Positions 24,210 through 38,410 of a DNA stretch of 64,000 bases are shown piece after piece. The translations under genes and the position numbers were made by a program. Location: the NCBI RefSeq assembly GCF_048593235.1, contig NC_133617.1, forward strand, positions 627,730,958 to 627,794,957, written 5' to 3'. The notes below the pieces were generated by a model that was given only the letters and a program-made list of their open reading frames with translations, made no database searches and was not told the origin of the DNA. Position 1 is the first letter of the stretch. Every line of letters begins with the position of its first letter. The stretch comes from Sminthopsis crassicaudata (Eukaryota).

Positions 24210-24740
24210 CCTACTTCACTCCCGTGGAAGCCTGGATTCCCTCCACGCTCCATTCCTTCTTACTACGCCGTCTGTGTACCCTTGGCGTAAGGGGACCCGC
24301 AGCTTCGTCACGCCCCGCCTCTGGGGTCCGGTGGCGATGAGTAGCAGTTGTTAGGACAAGAAGGGGAAAGGGATCACCGTAAAGGAAATTAGGAAGGAGA
24401 CATGCTGTGTTCTGGAGGTGGAAAGATCTGCAGTATTCTACAAGATAGCTTAACCGCATCCGGAAGTGACGTCACGTGAGGGCGAGCAAGAACTACGTCC
24501 GAAACTCTTCAAGGATTTCCGGCGGAGCGGGGTCCGCGGAAGAAACTTGAAGACATTCTAGGCCACAGCGGGATATCAGATCCCACAATGCAATACCAGG
24601 AAGGACAAAGAAGCCCCGCCCCCTCTGCCATAGCCTCACGGGATTTGTAGTTTGCTGAGGGCATATTCAAAAGGACCTGTAATATAAATTGAGGCACTTT
24701 CGCGGGACCTTATAAAATACTATTGGACTACCCCGACCCT
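24210..24740 (-). promoter_or_regulatory. Orphan CpG island, the duplicated TUFM promoter
   Basis: About 30 CpG by hand count in ~530 bp; CCGGAAGTGACGTCACGTG 24460-24478, TCCCACAATGCA 24581-24592, GC box 24614-24622, ACTACA (minus strand) 24646-24651. Confidence 0.85.
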
Positions 24741-25939
24741 GGGCAGTAGGTATTTTATGCCTGAAGTATATTGTTAGCTTCTTTAAAGCTCCTTTCCTGG
24801 GCCGGCAATACTTAGAAATTCACACAAAAGTACTATTTGTCAGGCCTTGTCCTTTTGACAGACTACCTGCTACCCCTCAGTTCCTAAAAAAGGGGGAAAC
24901 AAGGCCGTTAATACTTAGCCTGAGCTTACTGCACATCACTGCCTGCCCTCCAAATCCATCCCCTTTCCACATCTTTGATCTCATGTCATTTTTGGTGGAT
25001 CTCAAAGTTCCAAAGTGGGTGTTGTAGTGGGTTGCAAAGATCAATGACTGTCAGTCTTGAAATCAGGTGACCTGAGCTCAAATTCCCTTTCTGACATAAC
25101 GTGTTACTCTGCTTCACAATACCAGTGACCCCATGTTGTGAAGGAAGTTTTGAAAACTTGTGAGCCATTAATAAAAGACTGAACTGGTCAAGCATTCAAG
25201 GTCCACCATCATCTGATCTCTGAAATTTTTACTTTTCCAATTCCTTTTCCCTTATATTTTTGAAACTCAGATAAAATGTTTACGTCTTTTGTTTTCCAGC
25301 TTATATTTCTTCTCTGGAACGTCTTCACCTAACATCTCTTTGAAGCAAATCTAGCTTCAGACTCAACTAAAATTCATCTTCCTGAACCCTTCCCCCAAAT
25401 AACTCAACCAGAAGCAGAGAATTCTCAAAGTACTTTATTATATTTTCTATGTGACTTTTAAGGATAAGGACTTATAACTTCATAGATTCCCTATAGGGAC
25501 ACTCCCTCTACCCTTGCTCTGCAACTTTAGGGTTACTTAGAGCAGTGTCAAGAGGTTCAGAGTGTTCAGAGTTCAGGTCTTCTGACTCTCTGATAAAGCT
25601 GTTCTCTGTCACATTGTTCTGTATTGTGATTAGATGTACATGGCTGTTCAAAAAAAATTGTTCTCAAAAAGGTACAGTACCGGGTGTATTTATAAGTAAG
25701 TTCTATCATCAAATAACACCAATATTCCATAAACACTTTGCAAAATGGTAAGGATCTCATCAAGGATATCCTTTGATCATTTTGAAAGTACTCTTAAACC
25801 TAAACTGGAGGGTGACAGAAATTTCTAATATCCCTAATGAACAGATGTTAAAAAAGCTATAAAGTAGATCACATCAAGCTGGATTTATGCTAAAAGTACA
25901 GGATTGATTCAACATAAAAAAAAGTTGCATAGACAAACC

Positions 25940-26100
25940 CAAACATCCCAATAACTGGGGATTCACTATTTGATAAAACTGAAAGTAAGTCTAGCAAAAA
26001 TTAGGTTCACAGCATACTTTCCTAACCTGGTTTCATAAATTAAAAATGATCTCTGGGTTAGACAAATAGCTCTTACCATATACCAAGTTAGATTCCAAAT
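25940..26100 (+). mobile_element. L1 ORF2 fragment
   Basis: 'ggattcactatttgataaaactg...cttaccatataccaag'. Confidence 0.5.
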
Positions 26101-27159
26101 GTATATTTTTGCATGTTGATCTCACTCCCTTTGTACACTCTTCCCCCCCCCCAAAAAAAAAATTTAAGAGCAGTTTTGTCTATGAAGTTAACTCAGCACT
26201 TTCAAGGAAAAAACTTGGGAAAATAGGAATCCATTAAGACAATGCTATTTGGGGGAGAGCATTTTCATCTATCCGAGAAAATAGGCAAAAGATGCTGGAA
26301 CGAGAGTGCTGGGCTGTTTCTCCTCCCCCCACACTGCTCCAAATCATGACTAGATACCACAGAGAGGATTTGCCTCATTTTGCCTTGAAAGGAGAGGGGA
26401 AAGGGTTAGTCCCTATATTTAGCTGGCCTAGGAAAAAATACTTCTCTAAACACCATAAACCCTCTTTCTATCCTTACGGGTTCTACCAGCATCCCAAAGC
26501 GGGGTTAGACTGGAAGTGAGAAACAACCAATGAATTTAGCTTGGGGTGGGCAGGCTTTTCAAACCATGTCTCATCTTCCTATACCCTCAGGAACCAAAGT
26601 ATCTTCTCCATTTAGCAGTTTCTCATAATTCAGAGGCTTTAAGGTATTGCATTAGAATTAGAAGTCAGGAAAACATGGATTTGGATGTCTCTCCTAACCT
26701 GTATGGTAATTTACCTCTATCATTTAAAACAGTCCAAGATGCCTTCCAGCTCTGAATTTATGACCACATTTATCCTTTTCCCTAAGGATGCTTTAGAAAC
26801 CAGCTCACATTTTAAAATTCTTTGAACTCATTTCTGGGAGACAGACTCCCTAGCAATCTGATACCATCTTCTTCCATTCCTCATATTTGTGAACCCGTAG
26901 AAAGTGAAAGCTATGAAGGCTCATGTTTTTAGAAGCAGTAATTCTCTACCCTGACTGGGCAGGCTTTTTTATTTCAAGTAATCAAAAAAGAAGAGGCAGC
27001 CTAGGATGGGGGAAGGGGAGATACTCTTGGGAATTTGGAAGACCTAGGATGTCATGTTTTCTCCACTATCCCATAGGACCAATGGAATCAAGGTGTATTT
27101 CACCTGCATTTTTTCCCTCCCACTGTAAAAAGGTGTTAATCATGTCTTACTCACCTTGG

Positions 27160-27570
27160 GATTCTAGTAGTAACTCTCCATTTTCTCTCAGCAGCCCTGC
27201 TTGGTTTCGACTCCAAGGGAACATCATGCCTCACTCAGGATAAGCTGATCACCTGAAGTCTCATGACCATGCTGATTGACTGACTTGGTTTTTGATACTC
27301 AACACCTTCTCAAACCCCAAAATTGCCCCTTCTTCCATTAGACTGTAAGCTCCTTGAGGGCAGGGACTGTCTTTTTCTTATTGTATGCCCAAGGCTTAGC
27401 ACAATGCTTAGCATATTAAGTAGACCCTTTTTGTTTATTGAACTGTGTGAGGATCAAATTCAGTAATTTATACAGTGCTTTGCAAACCTTAAAGCACATT
27501 AACCAGTGTGGCTTAATGGACAGAAAGCCAGCCTTGGAATTGGTCCAGGGGTCTCTCAGTGCCTCTAGTC
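27160..27570 (+). mobile_element. L2 3' end followed by a MIR fragment
   Basis: 'attagactgtaagctccttgagggcagggactgtc...cttagcacaatgc'; 'gtgaggatcaaat'. Confidence 0.7.
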
Positions 27571-28381
27571 AATTCTATAAGGCTATTATTATACATTGTT
27601 AAAGAAGGTGCTGATGTATATTGGAAGAGGGAGTTTCCACATACAAGTCCGCTATACACACACACACACACACTGAACTGTCCAAACAAAATTTTAAACT
27701 TACATTCTACAAATAAAGGTCAGCCATTTCTATTTAATGGATCTGTTTCTTGATGTATATGATGAGGGAATTGATGGCTCTTCACAAACTCTCACACACT
27801 GTGTATTTAAATCCCTTATTAGCAATAATAACACTGATTCTATTTTATATTCCACAATACTTCTAAGCCAAATTTAAGACTTAACAAGTATGATAATCAG
27901 AAACTTTTAAAAATTCTTATACTCAGATGTACAGCACTGGTGAGGAGAACAGCAGTGGTCTTTGACTGTTAGCTTTGACTTTGCCTCTTTAGTAAATTTT
28001 ACAGTAGGGTAGTTTAGCAGCAACATTTCTGTCTTTTTGAGATGTTCATTCTTTCTTACTAACGTTTCTAGAATATGTTTGTTGGCAAAGCACTTTTTTT
28101 TCCACAATTCTTGAAGTAGGTGGTACAAATAATACTATTGTCATTTTGCAAGTAAGGAAATGAACTAGCTAGGACTAAAACTGAGGACTTGAGGAATTCC
28201 ACATCCAACTACTGTTAATGATATACCCCTGATAACACTTTAGAAGTCACTATAAAATCCCCAAAAGAAAACATCCTTAATAGAAATCTTCCATTTGAAG
28301 GTACAAATACTAGTACCCAACCTTTTAATCTCTACAACAGGAAGTTACTACACATGTTGTGTTCCGCCAACCACACAACAC

Positions 28382-28387
28382 TTTATT
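28382..28387 (-). terminator. TUFM: TUFM polyadenylation signal (AATAAA on minus strand)
   Basis: TTTATT on the plus strand, about 150 nt downstream of the TUFM stop. Confidence 0.65.
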
Positions 28388-28539
28388 TTTCCCTTAAAAC
28401 TTACAAGCCTCTCAGATCTAGGAGACATCAGTGCTACAGATGGCAGGAAAGTCTGAGGACCTTTTAAACTTCCTAAACTTGAGTTCTTGATTCAGGCCAG
28501 TGAAGTTACACAATGCTGGAAAGAAGGCTGGAGTTGCGC

Positions 28540-32268
<3,729 letters not shown>

Positions 32269-32269
32269 C

Positions 32270-32680
32270 ACGACGAGGAACGGGGGCGAGAGGGAAAGGG
32301 AGGGGATAAAGGAAACACTACAGGGAAAGGAGCGCCAGAGGAGAAAGGGACCGGGAACCGAACAGCGTGCGAAGCGCTAAGGGCACGGGGAACTGAAAGG
32401 TACTTCCGTCGGCTGGAAGTGACGTAAGAGCAGGAGAGACTATTGAGAAGCTCCCTCTAGGACCGCTGTGGCGGACTTCCTGTGCGGAGGGGATACCCGG
32501 AAGGAGACTGGACCGAAGGCCGGAGACTTAGCAGGTGGCTAGCTCCCACAATGCACCGCTAGGAACTACAGCCAAATCCCGCCCCCGCTTTGTGTTGTCC
32601 CTTGGGATTGGTGGGCTTCTGGGGAAGTTCTTACGAGACGGTTATAAACAGCCTGGCGAGACAATTTTCGTCTAGTGATC
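32270..32680 (-). promoter_or_regulatory. TUFM: TUFM CpG-island promoter
   Basis: GGAAGTGACGT (ETS/CRE) 32415-32425, TCCCACAATGCA (ZNF143/Staf-type) 32544-32555, ACTACA and a GC box nearby. Confidence 0.85.
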
Positions 32681-33429
32681 GTGAAATCCTTTTTGCCTCA
32701 GAGATGACCCTACCAACCCCGGTGGGCAACTCATGAATGAGCGAAGGAAAGCATTTGAGTACTCTTGCAGAGAAGCTGCTCGCTTGCGTGGGCACTTTCC
32801 TCCTCGCGGGGGTGCCCCTGCAAAGAAATCTTACGTCTAGTCCCTACCCCAATCTGCTGTTAGGAGTTTGCAAAATCCTGAATATGCGAAAGAAAGATAG
32901 TCCCTATCATCACAGAGCTTACAACCTAACAAGGGCAGACAATACTAAAGGGTGTTCCATAGGAAAGGATGTTTTAATCTGGAAATTAATAGGGATGCTG
33001 AGTGGACGTGTATGGCAGCTAATTGACACACCACTTCCTGAAAGCTGGGGCAATGTTGATTTGTGTATAGGACCTAAAGCAAAAAATGGAGGGAGACTAG
33101 GTTTTGGGAAGAAGATAGTGGTTTTCAAGCAGAACTATGTAGGAGGAGGGTGGGGGGAGGGGTTAAACATGGTTGGGATTTAAGACTAAAAAACAATTCT
33201 CCAAAATTCCAAACAATATTCCAAAAGTGAGCAGGCTTGTTTCTCCAGGGTATGAGGTGAGGCCTGGGGTCTCCCCTACATCGCTCTGGAGATCCATTCT
33301 TGTTTCTGTCTGAAATCCTTCTATTAGGGAGCTTCTTCGGGGTTCCCCTTTTGAAAAGAAAATACTTCTAAAGCATTAACAAAATGTACTTAATGTGCTA
33401 GATCAACTTTTAAAATGAAGAAAGGAAGA

Positions 33430-33800
33430 CCCCCTAGTCCAAATTACTGCAGAACCTTCCTGGCTGGTTTCTTTGCTCCAATATTCTTTCTCCGATCCAT
33501 CTTGCAAGCAGATTATTTTATAAAACTTAGCTCTGATCATGTCACTCCTAATCAGAAACCTTCAGTGGTTCTCCCAAGACCTATAGCAGGCATTGTGGTA
33601 TTTTATGGAAAGAGTAATATTTGGTCTTGGAGTCCTGAGTTCAGAAATCTTTTCTGATACTTATTTAGTGTGTAATCTTGATAGATAACTTCATTTCAGT
33701 TTTCTCATCTGCAAAATAGAGAAATAGAGCTTAAATTCATAATTCATAAAGTTGTTGTGAGAAGAAAAGTATTTTCCTTAAAATTCTACAAAAATGTGAG
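33430..33800 (+). mobile_element. L2 and MIR fragments
   Basis: 'tctgatcatgtcactcct...aaaccttcagtggttctccca'; 'gagtcctgagttcagaaatc...tttctcatctgcaaaatag'. Confidence 0.6.
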
Positions 33801-34329
33801 CCATTATTATTACAGGATAAAAGCCAAACTCTTGCACCAAACTTTAGCATCTGATTCCTATTTACTTTAGGGATCTTTCCAATCTCAGCTTTCACTGTTG
33901 TCTTCTACTTTTAAACTTCAGCCAACTTGTTCCATCTGGAATGCCTTTATTTTCTCCATCTATTTAAAACCAGCCCCTGTTTAAAAGGCCCAGCTCAAAT
34001 TCTTTCTACTTAGTGAATTTTCTACCAAAACCTGAGTCAGAAGGGCACTTTTCTAAGAATTATCAAAGTACTTTGTACCCCTACCGTGACTATTATATTT
34101 GTAACAGGAGTGATCGAGACTCCTAATCAATATGATGAGTCTCCTGATCAATTAGATAAGACCTTTGTTAGAAGAGCATACTTCACATAGAGCACAAGTG
34201 CCAAAGTCTCTTGTTGAGAGTACTAGTGATTTTCTCTTATTGGTCTTCAGTGATTAGGGCTGCCTTAAAAGATGAATGTGTACTGAGAATCAAGGATATA
34301 TCAGAGGAACCATCTTAATAAAGTCTATA

Positions 34330-35060
34330 AAAATGATAGTCCTTGTGAAAATCTATCTCTGGTGGAATTCTGGGTAGAATTTATAATCAAACAAGGAAGA
34401 AAGGAAAACAAGTTGGGCAATTTTGATTACATGAAATGTAAAAGCTTTTGCACAAACAAAACTAATGAAATTAAAATGAGAAAGGAAAAAAGAAAATTAG
34501 GGAAAAAATCTGCAACAACATTTTTTGATAAAGGTTTCATTTCCAAGATATATAAGGAATTAATTCAATTTATAAGAGCCATTCCCCAATAGATAAACAA
34601 AGGACATGAGCAAGCAGTTTTCAAAGGAAGTCATCCAAAATATCAACAATCATATGATAAAATTTTCCAAATCATTAATAGTGAAATGTGAATTAAAGCA
34701 GCACTAAGATTTCACCTTATACCCATCAGATTGGCAAAGATGACAAAAAAGAAAAAAATGACAAATGTTGGAGGAGTTGAATGAAAACAGGCATGCTAAT
34801 GCACTGTTAGTGGAACTTTAAATTGATCCAGCTATTCTGGTAAATAATATAGAACTATGTCCCCAAAGTCTTTAAATTTTGCATATCTTTTACTTAGGAA
34901 TACTACTAATAGGATTATAAAGGAAACAAAGAAGAAAAGGATCCACGCGTACAAAAATATATCATCACTTTTCATAGTAACCCCAAACTAGAAACTAAGG
35001 GGATGTATGCCCATTTATGTCAGAACAGCTAAATTAATCTTGGTATATGAATGTCATACT
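34330..35060 (+). mobile_element. L1 ORF2 3' fragment
   Basis: 'ttttgattacatgaaatgtaaaagcttttgcacaaacaaaac...gataaaggtttcatttccaagatatataagg...atttcaccttatacccatcagattggcaaagatg'; remnant ORF 34362-34592. Confidence 0.85.
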
Positions 35061-35630
35061 TATGACAAGCCACGGAGACATATGTAACACAAGTGTCAAA
35101 GAACTTCTTTGTGATCACAAAGCTACTAAGTACTCAAACCCCAGCCTGATATTCTTCACCATGCCATTCTATATTAATAACAAAAGGCTTTCCTTAACAC
35201 AGAGGATAGTTGCAGAATCCCAGAAACCAAACACCATCCACATTGGAGGAGTCAAAAGTGACCTGAGTCCGTGGATTTCTCAACTTTATTCAAGTCCGTA
35301 AGTACCAAAGCTTTGGCTCTCCCTGAAGTTCCTGCAAAAACTAGTCAGCTCATGTCATGTTATGTAGTCCCAGAAGAGAACGTACAAGGATCTGACACAA
35401 TTTCCTCATTTAACAGAAGAGGAAACTGAGGCACAGAATGACTAGGACCAGAATTTTAATTCAGGTTCTCCACTTCTCTTTCTTAGGACATCCTGCTGTC
35501 TGATAGACCAGTGACCTGGCGAGAGCCAAAGTAGATGTTGTTCAGAGGGGCACCGAGGGTAGAGCTCTCCTCGGGCTGCTCCATTGAGAATACCACAGTC
35601 TCTTAGGTCGGGTCAGCTCCTGAGCCACTG

Positions 35631-35687
35631 GATACCCTCTCCTCAGGGGAGATACCCTCTCAGGGGAGATACCCTCTCCTCAGGGGA
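35631..35687 (+). repeat. Three-copy 17-20 bp tandem repeat GATACCCTCT(CCT)CAGGGGA
   Basis: Units at 35631-35650, 35651-35667 and 35668-35687. Confidence 0.9.
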
Positions 35688-35761
35688 TTAAGGAGAGCCC
35701 AAGGCATCTCAGGGGCTTCTGGAGAAGGTCTCTCCCAGAAAAAGGACAAGGTCATGAACTC

Positions 35762-36020
35762 AGGGACAGCTGGGTGGCAGTGGCTAGTGCTGGGTCTGAA
35801 GTCAGGAAGACCTGAGTTCAAATTTCATCTCAGAAAAAGTATTAGCTACGTGACTCTGAACAAGTCTTCCCCCTTTGCCTCAGTTCCCTCATCTGTAAAA
35901 TGAGCTGCAGAAAGAATGGCAAACCACTCCAATATCTTTGTCAAGAAAGCCCCAAACAAAACAAAATAAAACTCCAAAAAGGGGTCACGAAGAATGGATA
36001 AGACAGAAAACGACTGAACA
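35762..36020 (+). mobile_element. Marsupial MAR1-type CORE-SINE with RTE-derived tail
   Basis: 'ggacagctgggtggcagtgg...gaagtcaggaagacctgagttcaaat...gcctcagttccctcatctgtaaaatgagctg...gaatggcaaaccactccaatatctttg'. Confidence 0.8.
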
Positions 36021-36199
36021 CCATAAATTCCCGTTCCAGACTCCCCAAGGGGGAGGTGGGAGTTCTTTCTCAAGGTCACCTCAGCCTTCCCACATCCCTC
36101 TCCTAGAGGGTGCTGTCTCTTCAGCGAACAGAAGGAACCGACACTCTAGGAGGCCACCTGACCCCTCCGTGACCTCTAACCAGCCTTTCCCCCCTCCTC

Positions 36200-37300
36200 T
36201 CTCTGGTTTCATGCTCCCCTAGCGGGAGTTTCGCCCGCATGTTTGGGATACTCTATCTCGAGGCATCGTCTCTATGGTTGACTGGCCGAGCTCCTCCGTT
36301 TTCCTTACGGAAGATGGGCGGGCCGGTCCTAGCCTAGACTAGCGCATCTCCGCGGGATAGCTCCGGGGATGCCCATCCTGAGGGGCGGCGGGGAAGACGC
36401 TAAACTTTTACAGCCTCCTCCTCCTCCTCTACACTGAGTCCCTATTCCTACAGCCTGGGAGAACGATCTCTATGATCCCCGCGCCTTAGGAGGAGGAAGT
36501 CGGAGGAACGTGCCTTTCTCTCTCCGCTGCCTTATCTATGGTTTTTTTTTTTTTTCCCTTGATGGGAAAGGGGGTCCTGGCGCCTGCGCAGTAGCTGGCT
36601 GGTCGCTGGTCACTGGTTGTTGGGGGTGGGTGGGGGAGCGGGAGCCACCGCTGCTGCCGCCGGAGCAAACCGCGGGGACCGAGATGCAGGTGGGACCGGA
36701 ACCGGAACCCCCCTCCTCATTCCCCTTTCCCCACCCGGACCCTCCCCCCTTCCCCGGGCCTGGGACTGGAGGAAAGGCCGGAGGTCCTGGACCGGGGCCG
36801 GGCTCAGAGCCCGGGGGCTGGGGGAATGCCCCCAGGACGGCTCCCCCCGGGAGGCCGGTGCTGCGGGTCGCGATGGGCGGAGATGAAGGCGGCCGCCCGC
36901 GGGCGGAGGGAAGGCTGGCCATCTCCGGAGGCCCCCCCACTCCGCCGGAGCAGCTCCGGGGTCGGGCAGGTCTCATCGCCGCAGAGCCAGAGGCGGGCGG
37001 GCCGGGGTCGGGGCGAGTGGGCAGAGCAGCTTGGCCGCGGAAGCTTCGGCATCTGGGGAGGGGCTCCGCCTGGTTGGGGTGGGGGGCGGAGGCCTGTGGC
37101 GCTTGGGTGTCTCCCTGGCTTGCGCCAGACCTTCCTCTTTGCCAGCCTCTTCTTGGGGACTTGTCTGTGTCTCCCGTCTCCGTCACGGGTCAGGGTCAGG
37201 AGCCGTTGTCAAAGGTGCCCAAGGATGGGGGCTTGGCGAGGGGAAGGGCGTGGGGCGCGCCCTCGGGGGGCAGGCACTGTCTGGCCCCGGGGTTTATCTC
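36200..37300 (+). promoter_or_regulatory. SH2B1: SH2B1 CpG-island promoter with a first exon ending at 36689
   Basis: High CpG and GC content; 'gccgccggagcaaaccgcggggaccgagatgcag|gtggga' donor; the next acceptor is 'cccttctacag|' at 38321/38322. Confidence 0.75.
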
Positions 37301-38410
37301 CTCTGCCCATCGCAGGTTCTGGTGTCTGTCTGTGGGAATTCATGTTGCTATGGGATCTAGACTTGCCCGGAGCTTGTCTCCTTAGGGGATTGGAGTAGGA
37401 GTGACCTCCTGAGTCTTCTCACCTAGCAATGGGCACAGGGCAGTTGCTCTGTCTCTTAGTGGGGTCGCTGTGAAAATGCTCCGAAATCACAAAGCATGAC
37501 GGAAATCCATAATTTGTCCAGCAGAAATTAAAAAACACGACCCCTAGCATGGTCACCTAGGGATGCTGCAGATAGTGGCCGGGTCTGGGTGAAGGAGCAC
37601 AGGGTCAGTGGCTCCCACTCCGGGCTGTAGGCCGTGGGACCGAGGGCCTGTGTGCCCACATCCACCACTTGTCTGACCTTTAGCCCATTTTGTTTCTTTC
37701 TGTTCTTAGTGACAATAAAAAGTAGTTCATCCAGCCTTCTTGTTTTTTTTCTTGTGACTGAGGGAAAGAAGGTCTAAGGTAGTTGCCCTCACAATTTTAT
37801 AGTGAATAGCTACAGAACCTCTGATGTAGAGCAGGCAGGAGTAATACTCTCATAAGTATTGTAAGCACTTAAATGAGCCTTAAGCAGAGAAGCCAGGGGC
37901 AAGTCCCCCCTGCATTGCTGGAGTAAGATAGTGATGGATTTATCTCTGAAAAGGAGGTGATGGAAAAGGAACCTTTATCAGTAATTAAAGGGTTGGGGTT
38001 TTTTGGAGGATGGTGACCAGCTCACCTCTAACTCTGGGGATCAAAGTCAGGCTGAGATTGCAGTAGAAAAAATGGAGGTGAGATACCTGGGGAAGCCTAC
38101 CACAGCTCGAGAAGTGTGAGAACCTGGAGAAGGGGAAGGAAGCAAACATTTCTGAACTGGAAAGGAACAATATGAACAGAAGGCAGTATGGAGAAGTGGG
38201 AGCTCCTCAGTGGGGGAGGAACAATGAAGGAATTTCTGGTACCTGGGGAAAAGGTTTAGAAAAGAATAATAAACATGAACCCTAATCCTGTTATATATGT
38301 GCCTCTTTTTCCCTTCTACAGTTGCTGCAAATGACCCTGAGTCTTCTGGCCTTCCCCCCCACTTCCTTCCCTCCCCTGGGTCCCCCACTCTCCATTTCAT
38401 CTGGCTCATC

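Larger units (their letters stand above)
21200..24700 (-). pseudogene. TUFM-ps: Unprocessed tandem-duplicate pseudogene of TUFM (promoter, exons 1-5 and 7, introns, 3' UTR remnants)
   Basis: Collinear homology to 28430-32600 at an offset of 7.2-8.0 kb: 3' UTR ~21210-21300, exon 7 ~21800-21893, exon 5 ~22190-22510 (split by a SINE), exon 4 ~22720-22812, exon 3 ~23040-23190, exon 2 ~23625-23820, exon 1/promoter ~24320-24660. Intronic sequence also aligns (22511-22720 vs 30410-30608). Frameshifts, lost ATG, and P-loop GHVDHGKT decayed to CHMDY-K. Confidence 0.93.

Noticed and set aside
21200-24700. TUFM copy as an assembly false duplication or a processed retrocopy
   Set aside because: It is highly diverged, carries its own SINE insertion, and retains introns and promoter, so it is neither an artefact nor a retrocopy.
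32737-33183. 148-aa ORF divergent from TUFM
   Set aside because: Includes L2-derived sequence and has no recognisable domain or splice context.
36510-37398. Overlapping 190-291 aa ORFs on both strands
   Set aside because: Low-complexity G/P/R/A products expected from stop-poor CpG-island sequence at the SH2B1 promoter.
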